A stretch of 64,000 bases of DNA from Candidatus Bathyarchaeota archaeon (GCA_963769425.1 CAVYLP010000002.1:1-64000), one strand, 5' to 3'; positions 39,181-50,088 are shown, numbered from the stretch's first letter. Notes: generated by a model from the sequence alone, not told the origin. Translations and numbers: made by a program.

Positions 39181-39636
39181 ATGCAAGAGGAGAGACTCGC
39201 CAAGGTCGCGGAGATAAGCGTCTTCGCACACGCCACGGAGGACGAGGAAAAGGTCAAGCAGGCCGTCAAGAGGATCGCCCCGTACGAGCACGTCTTCGAG
39301 TCCCAGCGTCTCTCCGGCCACTATGAGGACCCGATAATCCTCATCACCTCGAAGACGACTAAGAAGAAGGAGGCTACAGACCTCCTTGCCAACATCGTTA
39401 GGAAACTCTCAAGCTTAGATAAGCAAACCCTTCTCGATGAGCTCCCAAACCACATCGACCCACAGGGCAACCTCTACCTACGTTTCGACAAGCAGAGGGC
39501 GTTCAACGGCAGGGTCACCCTGCAGGAAAACGACCCCATACGCGTCAAGATCAAGTTCCAGCTCCCCCACAAGGCCGACCCAGTCGTCGTCATAAGGGAG
39601 TGTATCATCAACCTGGAGGACGACACCGGGGAATGA
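39181..39636 (+). CDS. predicted RNA-binding protein (DUF54 / exosome-associated)
   Basis: HATEDEEKV, GHYEDPI, LYLRFDKQ. Confidence 0.88.
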   Translation: MQEERLAKVAEISVFAHATEDEEKVKQAVKRIAPYEHVFESQRLSGHYEDPIILITSKTTKKKEATDLLANIVRKLSSLDKQTLLDELPNHIDPQGNLYLRFDKQRAFNGRVTLQENDPIRVKIKFQLPHKADPVVVIRECIINLEDDTGE

Positions 39637-40289
39637 GACACTACGTCGACCTCCACCTCAGACCCTCCGCTTCGGAGCAGGCGCTTGAGATGGTTAACCT
39701 CGCCCACCGGCTCGGGTACACGCACGTCGCCTCGACGAAATCCCCGACAGATTCAAACGATAAAATAACGGCAGCTACCCGCATAGACATCGAGGCGAGG
39801 CAATGCAAGGAACTGGTCGACGGCCTCAAGAGGAACAGGAGGAGGGTCGACGTAATCGCGGTCAGGTGCTACTCCAAAGAGGTGGCGAGGCAGGCCGCCA
39901 AGGACGACCGCGTTGACATACTTCTCTTCCCCGACGACCCGGCTCAGAGGAAGCGGAACTGGCTCGACCACCACGAGGCCGAGCTAGTCGAGGGAACCGG
40001 GCGCGCCTACGAGGTGAACGCCTCGGACCTACTAGCGACGAGCCCGACTCATCTGGCTAAGGTGATTACCCAGCTCAAGCGGGATCTAGTGGTGGCGATG
40101 AGGCACGACATACCTATCGTGCTGTCAAGCGGGGCGACGACGCCTTTCTCAATGAGGGAGCCGAGGGCGCTATCCGCACTAGCCAGCCTCCTCGACATCG
40201 ACGAGGAATACGCCGTCGATATGATATCCACCGTACCCGAGGCGATCCTCGAGAGGAACCATACCAAACTCAGAGAGGAGGGACCATAA
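39633..40289 (+). CDS. rnp3: ribonuclease P protein Rpp30
   Basis: YVDLH, RVDIL, LSSGA..MREPR; synteny. Confidence 0.88.
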   Translation: MRHYVDLHLRPSASEQALEMVNLAHRLGYTHVASTKSPTDSNDKITAATRIDIEARQCKELVDGLKRNRRRVDVIAVRCYSKEVARQAAKDDRVDILLFPDDPAQRKRNWLDHHEAELVEGTGRAYEVNASDLLATSPTHLAKVITQLKRDLVVAMRHDIPIVLSSGATTPFSMREPRALSALASLLDIDEEYAVDMISTVPEAILERNHTKLREEGP

Positions 40290-40639
40290 TGCCGGTCAGG
40301 GGAATCAGGCGTAGGTATCTGCTCTTCAACGTCGCAGGGGAACATTCGCTAGGTGAGAAGGCTATCTGGGAGACGATCAGGGACTCTATTCTTACCCTCT
40401 ACGGCTCGAAGGGGCTTTCACTCATCGACCCCAACTTGATCGAGTATAACGAGGAGACTAAAAACGGGATAATCAGGTGCACCCACGACACAGAGAGGTT
40501 CCTAAGGGCCTCACTCGCCTCTATCATGATCGTGTCGAGCATACCAGTTGCCTTCAGGGTCCAGAGGACCAGCGGCACCATCAAGGCGCTCCGCAGGAAG
40601 GCGGGGATCGAGAAGCCAAAAAAAGAAGAGGATAAGTGA
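40289..40639 (+). CDS. rnp2: ribonuclease P protein Pop5/Rpp14
   Basis: RRRYLLF, LYG..G, GIIRC, TSGTIK. Confidence 0.9.
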   Translation: MPVRGIRRRYLLFNVAGEHSLGEKAIWETIRDSILTLYGSKGLSLIDPNLIEYNEETKNGIIRCTHDTERFLRASLASIMIVSSIPVAFRVQRTSGTIKALRRKAGIEKPKKEEDK

Positions 40640-40716
40640 ATAGAGAAGTATTTTTATTCCTCCTGATAGTTGACAAGGTAGAATCGCCACAGAGACGTGG
40701 GAAGGAGACTGAAAGA

Positions 40717-40938
40717 ATGATAATACCCGTGAGATGTTTCTCGTGCGGGAAGGTAATAGGCGACAAGTGGGAGCCGTTCAAGAAGCGCGTCGAGGCAGGC
40801 GAAGAGCCCGGCAAGGTTCTCGACGACCTGGGCGTCACCCGCTACTGCTGCCGCCGAATGATACTATCCCACGTAGAGATCATAGACGACGTGATCAAGT
40901 TCCACGAAGGACAGAAAGGTCTAGAGGTCAAGGGGTAA
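40717..40938 (+). CDS. rpoN: RNA polymerase subunit N (Rpo10)
   Basis: [24 protein letters not shown]. Confidence 0.97.
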   Translation: MIIPVRCFSCGKVIGDKWEPFKKRVEAGEEPGKVLDDLGVTRYCCRRMILSHVEIIDDVIKFHEGQKGLEVKG

Positions 40939-40943
40939 ACTAG

Positions 40944-41570
40944 TTGGAACCGGAGAATGAGGCACAGCAGCCGATCAACGAGAACCTACTGCTACCGCAG
41001 GAGGTCCTACTATCAGCGGGCGTCCACATCGGGACACGCGTGAAAACAAAGGACATGGAGCCATTCATCTACAAGGTCCGCCCAGACGGCCTCTACGTCC
41101 TCGACATGGAGCAGATGAATGAGCGCGTCAAGGTTGCCGCGAAGTTCCTCAGCCGAATGAACCTCAGCAAGGTAGTCGTCGCCTCGAGCAAGCGCTACGG
41201 CAGGAGCCCAGTCGAGATGTTCTGCGAGACCGTCGGCTGCAAGGCCATCACGGGCAGATTCACCTCAGGCACCTTCACAAACCCAGTCTACGCGGGCTTC
41301 TTCGAGCCAACAGCAGTCATCGTGACCGACAGCCTCGCCGACGACCAGATAGTCGTCGAGGCGAGCCAGATCGGCGTCCCGGTGATCGCCCTAGCCAGCA
41401 CGGATAACAGCAAGAGCAACGTCGACCTCGTAATCCCCATGAACAACAAGGGTCGCCGAGCACTCGCCATCGCCTTCTGGCTCATCGCGCGCGAGATACT
41501 CAAGGAGCGCAACGAGCTACCCGCCAGCGGCGAGATGAAGTACAGCATCGACGACTTCGAGACCAGTTAG
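40944..41570 (+). CDS. rps2: 30S ribosomal protein S2
   Basis: AGVHIGT, RPDGLYV, GRFT.GTFTNP, IPMNNKGR. Confidence 0.97.
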   Translation: MEPENEAQQPINENLLLPQEVLLSAGVHIGTRVKTKDMEPFIYKVRPDGLYVLDMEQMNERVKVAAKFLSRMNLSKVVVASSKRYGRSPVEMFCETVGCKAITGRFTSGTFTNPVYAGFFEPTAVIVTDSLADDQIVVEASQIGVPVIALASTDNSKSNVDLVIPMNNKGRRALAIAFWLIAREILKERNELPASGEMKYSIDDFETS

Positions 41571-41581
41571 GAGGACTCAAG

Positions 41582-42436
41582 TTGTCGGTGAGGCGCCCCT
41601 ACGTCGCGGGGAGCTTCTATCCCCGCGAACCCCAGCGCCTCAGACAAGATATTGAAACTTGTTTCAAGCACACCCTAGGGCCGGGGAGACTTCCCATCGA
41701 GGGCTATAAACCAAGGACCATCACAGCTATCGTCTGCCCACACGCCGGTTACATGTACAGTGGCCCAGTCGCGGCACACAGCTACCTAGCACTCTCAGAG
41801 GAGAAGAAGCCGGACACAGCCATCATCCTCTGCCCGAACCACACGGGGAGGGGTAGCGCCCTCTCCCTTATGGGAAAAGGCGTTTGGGAAACTCCGCTCG
41901 GCAGGGTCAACATCGACGAGGAGATGTCGAGGGCTATCTTCGACGCCTCCGGCATGGTCGACATGGATGATACCGCTCACGCATATGAGCACTCGATCGA
42001 GGTCCAGCTCCCGTTCCTCCAGTACCTCTACGATTCAGCTATCTGCATAGTCCCAATCTGCATGGGACTCCAGGATCTCGACATCAGCAGGAACCTCGGC
42101 GAGGCAATAGCAGAGGCCACTAAATCGAAGAACACAGTTGTCATCGCCTCAACCGATATGACACACCAAGAGTCCCAGCAGTCCGCCACGCGAAAAGACC
42201 GACTCGTCCTCGACGCTATCGAAGCCATGGACGAGGAAAAAGTCCAAAAAACCGTCGAGAGCCACCGAATCACCATGTGCGGATACGGCCCAGTCTCAGC
42301 CGCCCTCGTCGCCTCAAAGCGCTTAGGAGCGAACAGGGCAGAAATCTTATCATACCACACGAGCGGGGATATAACGGGTGACCATGGGGCGGTGGTCGGA
42401 TACGCCTCTGCGAAGATCACCCGAACGGTGCAATAG
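41582..42436 (+). CDS. MEMO1 / AmmeMemoRadiSam protein B
   Basis: RRP.VAGSFYP, PHAGYMYSG, EHSIEVQLPFLQ, TMCGYGP. Confidence 0.94.
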   Translation: MSVRRPYVAGSFYPREPQRLRQDIETCFKHTLGPGRLPIEGYKPRTITAIVCPHAGYMYSGPVAAHSYLALSEEKKPDTAIILCPNHTGRGSALSLMGKGVWETPLGRVNIDEEMSRAIFDASGMVDMDDTAHAYEHSIEVQLPFLQYLYDSAICIVPICMGLQDLDISRNLGEAIAEATKSKNTVVIASTDMTHQESQQSATRKDRLVLDAIEAMDEEKVQKTVESHRITMCGYGPVSAALVASKRLGANRAEILSYHTSGDITGDHGAVVGYASAKITRTVQ

Positions 42437-43432
42437 ATGAGCGCAGAGGCGACGGCTCCAGGGAAGATAATCCTATTCGGAGAACACAGCGTGGTCTACA
42501 AGGGACCGGCAATACTCCTCGCCGTTGATAGACGCGCCACCGTCACCGCCTCCAAACGCGACGATAAACGAATCTACATAGACTCTGAGGACCTCGGCTT
42601 CTCCGGCTACTTTAACGACAGCGAGTACACCGCCGTCACCGGGAAGGCGTGGAGAGGTAGGAACATGATGGCACTCGACGTCGCCGCGCGGAAGGTCATG
42701 TCCCACCTCGGCGTCGACGCAGGGGTTAACCTCAAGGTCAGGAGCATGATACCCATCGCCGTCGGCCTCGGCTCCTCCGCAGCCGTATGCGTCGCAACAA
42801 CCGCGGCCGTGGGCGAGCTATTCGACGCCAATCTTACAAAGGAGAAAATATCCGAGCTCAGCTTCGAGGGAGAGAAGGTCATACACGGCAATCCAAGCGG
42901 CGCCGACAACAGCATTGCTACCTACGGGGGTATAATGCGGTACGAGCGCGGCGTCGGCCTTAAGAGACTCCAACTCGACGCCCCCCTCCCCTTCATCATC
43001 GGCAATACACGCAGGAAGCGCTCCACACGCAACATGGTCGAGGGCGTCAAGGAACTAAAGGACAAGAACCCGGAGGTCGTCGACCCGATAATATACACCA
43101 TGGCGGGCCTATCCCAGACCGGCCTAGACGCCCTCCTCCGGGGGGATAAGCAGAAGCTAGGCGACCTCATGAACATCAACCATGGCCTCCTCTCCGCTAT
43201 CGGCGTCTCGACGATCGAGCTAGACGACCTCGTCTACGCAGCCCGTCGAGAGGGGGCTCTGGGCGCAAAGCTCACCGGCGCCGGGGGAGGAGGCTGCATG
43301 ATCGCCCTAGCTGAAGAGGAGCATCTAAGCAATATCGAGAAGAGCATCAGGGCCTCGCGCGGCCAATCCATGAGGGTCAACGTCACCGACGAGGGTGTGA
43401 AAACGAGGAAGATCAAGGATGGAGATTCTTAA
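42437..43432 (+). CDS. mvk: mevalonate kinase
   Basis: APGKIILFGEHSVVY, PIAVGLGSSAA, HGNPSG.D, KLTGAGGGG. Confidence 0.96.
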   Translation: MSAEATAPGKIILFGEHSVVYKGPAILLAVDRRATVTASKRDDKRIYIDSEDLGFSGYFNDSEYTAVTGKAWRGRNMMALDVAARKVMSHLGVDAGVNLKVRSMIPIAVGLGSSAAVCVATTAAVGELFDANLTKEKISELSFEGEKVIHGNPSGADNSIATYGGIMRYERGVGLKRLQLDAPLPFIIGNTRRKRSTRNMVEGVKELKDKNPEVVDPIIYTMAGLSQTGLDALLRGDKQKLGDLMNINHGLLSAIGVSTIELDDLVYAARREGALGAKLTGAGGGGCMIALAEEEHLSNIEKSIRASRGQSMRVNVTDEGVKTRKIKDGDS

Positions 43433-44198
43433 GCTCGGCGGCTCAGTCGTCACCCACAAGGACAGGAAACGGACACCCAACAACGAGGCAATAGCCCGCC
43501 TCGCGACGGAGGTCGCAACCGCAGGGCCGAGAAGGCTCATAATAATCCATGGCGGGGGCAGCTACGGTCACCCCCTAGCCAAGGAGTACGACATAGCAAC
43601 CGGCTACAAGTCCCCCAATCAACTAGCCGGCTTCTCCCTGACGCATCAGGCCATGGTCGAGTTAAACAAGCTGATAGTTGATGCCTTCCTTGACGCGGGT
43701 GTGCCAGCCATCTCGATCGCGCCGTCATCATTCATCACAACCGAGGACCGGAGAATCACAACAATCGACTTCGGCATCGTTTCGAGAGCGGTCGAATCTA
43801 GCTTCGTCCCCGTCCTCTACGGAGACGCAGTTCTTGACACGATGCTCAAGTTCACGATCCTATCAGGGGACCAGCTCGCCGCGAGGCTGGCTACAGATCT
43901 AGGAGCGTGCCGGATAATCTTCGGCGTTGACGTCGACGGCGTTTACACAGCCAACCCCAAGCTAGTAAAGGAGGCCCGATTGATTGAAGAACTGTCCTTA
44001 GAGCAGATGAGGGGCATGATCAAGGTGGGTGAGGCGCTATCAACGGATGTCACCGGCGGGATGCTGGGGAAGATCAGGGAGGCCGGGGCAGCCGTCGAGG
44101 CGGGGGTCGAGGTCCAGCTAGTAAACGCCCTCAAACCAGGAGTTGTCCACGACGCGCTCCGCGGCGAAAAAGTGGCGTGCACGTGGCTAAGGAGGTAA
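43419..44198 (+). CDS. ipk: isopentenyl phosphate kinase
   Basis: LKLGGSVVT, HGGGSYGH, SGD, DVTGGM. Confidence 0.94.
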   Translation: MEILKLGGSVVTHKDRKRTPNNEAIARLATEVATAGPRRLIIIHGGGSYGHPLAKEYDIATGYKSPNQLAGFSLTHQAMVELNKLIVDAFLDAGVPAISIAPSSFITTEDRRITTIDFGIVSRAVESSFVPVLYGDAVLDTMLKFTILSGDQLAARLATDLGACRIIFGVDVDGVYTANPKLVKEARLIEELSLEQMRGMIKVGEALSTDVTGGMLGKIREAGAAVEAGVEVQLVNALKPGVVHDALRGEKVACTWLRR

Positions 44199-44202
44199 GG
44201 AC

Positions 44203-45294
44203 ATGAGCATAGAGGAGAGAAAGCAGAGACACATCAGGATCAGCCTCGAGGAGAACGTCGAATCAGAGATACCGACCGGTTTCGGCGATATCAACCTAGT
44301 CCACAGGGCCCTCCCAGAGATCGACCTCAGTGACGTCGACGCAAGCGTAGAGCTCCTCGGGAGGAGGCTCTCCGCGCCCATCATCATCTCGGCCATAACA
44401 GGCGGCACCGAGGAGGCTAGGAAGATAAATGGAACCCTAGCTAGGGTCGCCCAGAGAACCGGTATCGGAATAGGCGTAGGTAGCCAGAGGATAGCTATCC
44501 AGCAACCCGAGGTCGAGGGGACCTTCCGCGTCGTCAGGGACGAGGCCCCAGACGCCCTAATAATAGGCAACATAGGCTGCCCCCAGCTAAGCCTCGGCTG
44601 GGGCGCCGAGGAGGCCAAGAAGGCCGTCGACATGGTCGAGGCGGACGCCCTCGCAATTCACATGAACCCCCTACAGGAAGCAGTTCAGGTCGGTGGCGAT
44701 ACAAACTACCGTGGTCTTGTGGAGAAGATCGGTTCCCTCACCTCGTCCCTCGGGGTCCCGGTTATCATGAAGGAGACGGGTGCGGGTATCTCATACGAGG
44801 ACACCGCGAGGCTCGAGAAGGCCGGGGTATCTGGATTTGAGATAAGCGGCCTCGGGGGCACGAGCTGGGCAGCCGTGGAGCATCACATCGCGAGAGAGGT
44901 CGGCGACGCCCGCCAGGAGTACCTCGGCAAATCCCTCTGGAGCTGGGGCATACCCACGGCCTGCAGCCTCGTCGAGGTCAGGGCAGCCTCGAAGGGAAAG
45001 ATCATCGCCTCCGGTGGACTCAGGAGCGGTCTAGACATCACTAAAGCCCTCGCGCTTGGAGCTGACGCCACAGGGATCGCCAAACCCTTCCTCCAGAAGG
45101 CGATCGAGGGCGAGGAGGCCCTCCAGAAATACGTCGAGACCATCATCACTGAGACCAAGATCTGCATGTTTCTAGTCGGTGCACGGAACGTCGCGGAGAT
45201 GAGGCGCGTCCCCGTCGTCGTCACAGGGTGGACCGCGGAATGGCTAAGGACGAGGGGCCTCGACACCGCCCACCTCGGAACACGGGGGAGGTAG
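44203..45294 (+). CDS. fni: type 2 isopentenyl-diphosphate isomerase
   Basis: RK..HI, TGG, GSQR, HMNPLQE, KETG.G, GGTSW. Confidence 0.96.
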   Translation: MSIEERKQRHIRISLEENVESEIPTGFGDINLVHRALPEIDLSDVDASVELLGRRLSAPIIISAITGGTEEARKINGTLARVAQRTGIGIGVGSQRIAIQQPEVEGTFRVVRDEAPDALIIGNIGCPQLSLGWGAEEAKKAVDMVEADALAIHMNPLQEAVQVGGDTNYRGLVEKIGSLTSSLGVPVIMKETGAGISYEDTARLEKAGVSGFEISGLGGTSWAAVEHHIAREVGDARQEYLGKSLWSWGIPTACSLVEVRAASKGKIIASGGLRSGLDITKALALGADATGIAKPFLQKAIEGEEALQKYVETIITETKICMFLVGARNVAEMRRVPVVVTGWTAEWLRTRGLDTAHLGTRGR

Positions 45295-45338
45295 GACAGC
45301 TTTTATCTCCGTCGGGGATTTGCTACCGAGTGGTCGGA

Positions 45339-46343
45339 ATGTCAAGCGGCGACGTCATAAAGAAGAAGCTGGTGCAGAGCGTCAAACCAGTGGACGCCTT
45401 CATCGATGAGATACTAAAGCCAAGGAGACCAGAGGTGCTCTACGACGCCTCGAGGCACCTTGTCATGGCGGGTGGGAAGAGGCTCCGCCCGTTCCTCACA
45501 ATGAAGTCATGTGAGGCCATGGGAGGCCACTCCAAGGACGCGATCCCCTTCGCTGCGGCCCTCGAGATACTCCACAACTTCACCCTCGTCCACGACGACG
45601 TCATGGACAACGACTCGATGAGGCGGGGGGCACCGACCGTCCACACGAAGTGGGGCGTCCCCATGGCCATAGCCGCAGGGGACCTACTCTTCGCAAAGGT
45701 CTTCCAGGCGATGACAACCTACGCCCCCGAAGGAATGAACGCCAGGCGCATCAACGAGTGTATCGAGATCGCCACGACGGCGACCATCGAGATCTGCGAG
45801 GGGCAGGCACTGGACATCTCCTTCCCGAATACGGTCGATGTCACCGAGGACGACTACATAACTATGGTCGGTGGAAAGACGAGCGCCCTCTTTAAGGCGT
45901 GCGCCGAGGTGGGCGCCATAGTCGGCGGGGGTAAGAAGCGTCAAGTCAAGGCGATAGGACAGTTCGCATGGGACGCGGGAATCGCCTTCCAGCTCATGGA
46001 CGACTACCTTGGGGCAACCGCCGACGAGAAGACCCTCGGGAAGCCTGTGGGGAGCGACCTCAGAGAGGGAAAGAAGACCTTCATCATCCTCCACGCCCTC
46101 CGGAAGGCTAAGCCACGCCAGAAGGAGAGGATACTCACCGTCCTCGGGAACCCAGCCGCGACCAAGCAACAGATCGAGGAGACTAACACCCTCCTAAAGG
46201 AGATCGACTCAATCGACTACACGCTGAAGAGGGCGGACAAGTACATTGCGACTGCCAAGAAGCACATTAATAAACTCCCCGACACTGAGGCGAAGAGCGA
46301 CCTGTTGGCGCTAATCGACTACTTCATTAACAGACAGTATTAA
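45339..46343 (+). CDS. polyprenyl (geranylgeranyl) diphosphate synthase
   Basis: GGKRLRP, HDDVMD..RRG, FQLMDD, SDLREGKKT. Confidence 0.94.
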   Translation: MSSGDVIKKKLVQSVKPVDAFIDEILKPRRPEVLYDASRHLVMAGGKRLRPFLTMKSCEAMGGHSKDAIPFAAALEILHNFTLVHDDVMDNDSMRRGAPTVHTKWGVPMAIAAGDLLFAKVFQAMTTYAPEGMNARRINECIEIATTATIEICEGQALDISFPNTVDVTEDDYITMVGGKTSALFKACAEVGAIVGGGKKRQVKAIGQFAWDAGIAFQLMDDYLGATADEKTLGKPVGSDLREGKKTFIILHALRKAKPRQKERILTVLGNPAATKQQIEETNTLLKEIDSIDYTLKRADKYIATAKKHINKLPDTEAKSDLLALIDYFINRQY

Positions 46344-46363
46344 AAAAAGCGAAGACGGTACAT

Positions 46364-46711
46364 CTACTTCTTCGTCGTGTACGTGTACTTGACGCCGAGA
46401 GGCTTCAGAGTATCGTCGATCTTCTTCATGATCATACTCAATTGGTCCTTGCTCGGCTCCTTGAACCATTCGAAGACGAAGTCATAGCCCTTCATGTCCT
46501 TGGATTTGCTTATGATGTTTGCGCAGCGCTTCTCCATGGTTTCCCCTTCAGCCGCAAAGTAGTTCATTGTACCAGTCTGCGTGTTGAACATAGGCTCCTC
46601 TGATTGGATGTACAGATCCATGATGCACACCTCGGGCGTCTCAAGAGCAAGTTTCTCCAGGGCCTTTACCCCGTCCTTTACGGGTCCTTCAAGTTTGAGG
46701 AAGGTCTTCAT
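46364..46711 (-). CDS. hypothetical protein
   Basis: ORF with coding-like codon usage, no recognised motif. Confidence 0.7.
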   Translation of the reverse strand: MKTFLKLEGPVKDGVKALEKLALETPEVCIMDLYIQSEEPMFNTQTGTMNYFAAEGETMEKRCANIISKSKDMKGYDFVFEWFKEPSKDQLSMIMKKIDDTLKPLGVKYTYTTKK

Positions 46712-46840
46712 CTTAATCACTGGGTTTTTTCACGTAATCGCTGTTAATATATTCGTTTTATTTTTTGTGACTATAACCAATGGTAAATTTGGAAAAGGAT
46801 AAGTGTTTTCCACCTGCCTATTGGGGCGTAGTGGTCTCCT

Positions 46841-48559
46841 GTGGGCCTAGATAAAATGAAGGAGTCTGCGGTCAAGTACGCCGTCTTCAACGCGTCCCAG
46901 TATGGCGGTAAGGCGAGCCTCGGCTCGGTGATGGGGAGGATATTCGCCGAGTACCCAGAGGCGAAGGCAAATGCCAAGGACGTCCAGCGCCTCGTAATGG
47001 GCGTAGTCGCCGACGTCAACTCCTGGCCCCTAGAGAAGATAATGGAGACCGTTAAGCAGTGGCCTGAGCTGTTCGAGGTGAAGAAGGCGAAGGAGAAGAA
47101 GACCCTCCCACCGCTAAAAAACGTAGACGAGTGGCCGATAGTCAAGGTGAGGTTCGCCCCTAACCCCGATGGGCCCCTCCACCTCGGGAGTGCCGAGTCC
47201 ATCATCTTCAGCGACGAGTACGCCAAGCAGTATAAGGGTCACTTCATACTTCGCTTTGAGGACACGAGCGCCGACGTGAAGCCACCGATCCCCCAGATGT
47301 ATGAGTGGATCCAAGAGGACCTCAAGTGGCTCGGCGTCAAGGTGGACGAGACGTACGTCCAATCCGACAGACTCCCCATTTACTACGAATACGCCGAAAA
47401 GATCCTCGGCATGGGCGCTGCCTACGTGTGCACGTGCGAGTCAGAGGAGTACAAGAGGCTCTACATGGCGAAGGAACCATGTCCCTGCAGGAACATGTCT
47501 CCGGAGGAGCACCTAAGGCGTTGGCATATGATGATTGATGGCGGCTTCAAGCGGGGGGAGGCAGTCGTCAGGGTTAAGACGGACATCACACACCCAAACC
47601 CGGCTGTCAGGGACTGGCCAGCCCTCAGAATAAGCACTCGGTCGCACCCACTCCAGAAGAAAAAGTACCGCGTCTGGCCCCTCTATAACTTCAGTTGTGC
47701 CGTGGACGACCATTTAATGGGCGTCAGCCACGTCATCAGGGGTAAGGAGCACGAGGTGAACAGCGCCCGCCAGAAATACCTCTACGACCACTTCGGCTGG
47801 CAGTTCCCGGAGGTCATCAACGTCGGGCGTCTCGGGCTCGAGGCGGGGATTCTGAGCAAATCGAAGATCAGAGCAGGGGTGGACGCCGGCGTCTACACCG
47901 GCTGGGACGATCCTCGGCTCGGCACCCTCAGAGCACTGAAGCGCAGGGGCCTACAACCCGAGACGATCAGAGAGATAATGCTGCAGATTGGGCCTAAACC
48001 GATCAACGTAATGATCAGCTGGGGGAACTTCGCTGCCGCGAACAAGAAGATAATCGACCCAAATGCTAACCGTTACTTCTTCGTCAACGAGCCCGTCGAG
48101 CTAAAGGTGAAGGGGGTAATGGATGCCCTCAAGGCGAAGCTGCCCCTTCACCCCGATCACCCTGAGAAGGGATATCGTGAGTACGTTGTTTTGCCTGAGA
48201 ATGGTGTTTGCACCTTCCTTCTCTCTTCAAAGGACTTGGATGACGCGAAGGGAAAAATCATCCGCCTCATGGGACTCGTCAACGTCGAGGTGACGAAGAC
48301 GGGTAAGAGAGCTGAGGCAAAGTTCCACTCCAAGGAGCACCAAGTCGCACGCGAGAAAGGGGCGCCTTTCATACACTGGCTAACCAAGGACAACTCAGTG
48401 GATGCTGAGGTCGTCATGCCAGACGCGTCCACTGCCAAGGGTAGGGCTGAGAGGCTCGCCTCGGAGCTCGATGTCGACGCCATGCTCCAGTTCGAGAGGT
48501 TCGGCTTCGTACGTGTCGACTCGAAGGAGCCCCTCAGGTTCTACTACGCCCATGACTAG
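46841..48559 (+). CDS. gltX: glutamate--tRNA ligase
   Basis: RFAPNP.GPLHLG, RFEDT, WPLYN, RGKEH, LSKS, QFERFGF. Confidence 0.97.
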   Translation: MGLDKMKESAVKYAVFNASQYGGKASLGSVMGRIFAEYPEAKANAKDVQRLVMGVVADVNSWPLEKIMETVKQWPELFEVKKAKEKKTLPPLKNVDEWPIVKVRFAPNPDGPLHLGSAESIIFSDEYAKQYKGHFILRFEDTSADVKPPIPQMYEWIQEDLKWLGVKVDETYVQSDRLPIYYEYAEKILGMGAAYVCTCESEEYKRLYMAKEPCPCRNMSPEEHLRRWHMMIDGGFKRGEAVVRVKTDITHPNPAVRDWPALRISTRSHPLQKKKYRVWPLYNFSCAVDDHLMGVSHVIRGKEHEVNSARQKYLYDHFGWQFPEVINVGRLGLEAGILSKSKIRAGVDAGVYTGWDDPRLGTLRALKRRGLQPETIREIMLQIGPKPINVMISWGNFAAANKKIIDPNANRYFFVNEPVELKVKGVMDALKAKLPLHPDHPEKGYREYVVLPENGVCTFLLSSKDLDDAKGKIIRLMGLVNVEVTKTGKRAEAKFHSKEHQVAREKGAPFIHWLTKDNSVDAEVVMPDASTAKGRAERLASELDVDAMLQFERFGFVRVDSKEPLRFYYAHD

Positions 48560-48622
48560 CGTCGCCGTTTACATAACGTTTAAAAAGAAAGAGTCGGCGT
48601 CTACTATGCACAACTGGAGGAA

Positions 48623-49012
48623 ATGACAATGTCCGATCCTTCGAAGAAACCATTCTACGTAAAGTTTGAAGTCCCAAAAGAAGTAGTCGAAGCCGCCTAT
48701 GAGGCCCTGAAGGTCGCCCGAGAGACGGGTAAGATCAGGAAGGGCACGAACGAGACGACCAAGACGATCGAGAGGGGCAAGGCGAAGCTCGTCCTCATCG
48801 CCGAGGATGTATCGCCCCCAGAGGTAGTAGCACATCTTCCCCTCCTCTGCGATGAGAGAAAGGCCGCCTATGTCTACGTGCCGGAGAAGCAGCGCATCGG
48901 CGAGGCTCTCGGCCTGACAGTGGGCAGCGCCGCTGCGGCCATCGAGGAGACGGGTGACTCCGAGAAGCTGGTCGCCGAGATCGTCGAGAAGCTCAAGGGT
49001 ATAGTAAAGTAG
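48623..49012 (+). CDS. rpl7ae: 50S ribosomal protein L7Ae
   Basis: KGTNETTK.IERG.AKLV.IAEDV.P. Confidence 0.97.
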   Translation: MTMSDPSKKPFYVKFEVPKEVVEAAYEALKVARETGKIRKGTNETTKTIERGKAKLVLIAEDVSPPEVVAHLPLLCDERKAAYVYVPEKQRIGEALGLTVGSAAAAIEETGDSEKLVAEIVEKLKGIVK

Positions 49013-49023
49013 GGTGAACCTCA

Positions 49024-49236
49024 GTGTCCGAGGAACAGGAGAGCCTGACGCAAGCGACGGTCATCCAGATACTGGGCAGGACCGGTCTGACCGGTGAGGT
49101 CATGCAGGTCCGCGTCAGGATCGAGGATGGCAGGGACAAGGGTCGCATCATCACCAGAAACGTAAAGGGTCCGGTGAGGATAGACGACCTGCTGCTGCTA
49201 CGCGAGACTGAGCGCGAGGCTAGGAAGATCAGGTAG
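49024..49236 (+). CDS. rps28e: 30S ribosomal protein S28e
   Basis: [22 protein letters not shown]. Confidence 0.97.
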   Translation: MSEEQESLTQATVIQILGRTGLTGEVMQVRVRIEDGRDKGRIITRNVKGPVRIDDLLLLRETEREARKIR

Positions 49237-49245
49237 GTATAGTAT

Positions 49246-49431
49246 ATGCCGACTGTCTACAAGTGCGCGTTCTGCGGGAGCGACATCGCTCCCGGCACCG
49301 GGATAGGCTTCGTCCGCAGGGACGGGCGTGTCCTCAGGTTCTGTGGCAGTAAGTGCAGGAAGTGCAGCCTGAAGTTGAAGAGAGACCCTAGGAAGTTCAA
49401 GTGGACAAAGGCTTGGGGCCAGCAGCGGTAA
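49246..49431 (+). CDS. rpl24e: 50S ribosomal protein L24e
   Basis: CAFCG..I.PGTG..FVRRDG..FC..KC, PRK.KWT. Confidence 0.97.
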   Translation: MPTVYKCAFCGSDIAPGTGIGFVRRDGRVLRFCGSKCRKCSLKLKRDPRKFKWTKAWGQQR

Positions 49432-49647
49432 GACCACACTTTTCATCAATATTTTAAATCATTTTAAAATGCATTAAATGTACGTTTTTGCATATAATCG
49501 ATCCCAATCGGCGCCTTATTCGAGCCCCATTTTCATCTCAAGTGCCCTATTTTGGCCTGGATGGTGAGCCCCCTTTTTAAGTGGCGACATCCACCAACTA
49601 CCAATTTTTCTAGAAGAATTGAAGTAGCCTCGATTGCTTCTTCAACC

Positions 49648-50082
49648 ATGAACGTAATCGAATCAAAGGGGCCACCGGGGCTGGTCGCCATCGGTCTAGG
49701 GCCCGACGATAAACTCCTAGAGTCCATTCAAGCCGTGATTAAGAGCCACAACATCCGTGATGGCACAGTGGTCTCGGGGATAGGCACGCTGAAGCGGTGC
49801 CACATGCACTACGTCAACACGACGACGTTCCCGGCGGAGAATAGGTTCTACGTTATCGAGGAGCCTCTTGAGATTGGCTCGATCAGTGGGTTGATCGCGG
49901 ACTATGAGCCCCACTTGCACATGACGGCGGGCTGCAGGGATCAGAGGACATACACCGGACATGTTGAGCCAGGATGCGTTGTGCTCTACTTGGCTGAAGT
50001 ACTAATCATGAGAATCGACGATATGAAGCTGGGTAGGGACCTGAATGGACGCGGTGTCTCTCTCCTAGTGGAGAGGCGTTAA
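49648..50082 (+). CDS. PPC (DUF296) domain protein
   Basis: SGIGTL, EI.SISG, PHLH, GHV..GC.V. Confidence 0.9.
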   Translation: MNVIESKGPPGLVAIGLGPDDKLLESIQAVIKSHNIRDGTVVSGIGTLKRCHMHYVNTTTFPAENRFYVIEEPLEIGSISGLIADYEPHLHMTAGCRDQRTYTGHVEPGCVVLYLAEVLIMRIDDMKLGRDLNGRGVSLLVERR

Positions 50083-50088
50083 ATTAGT

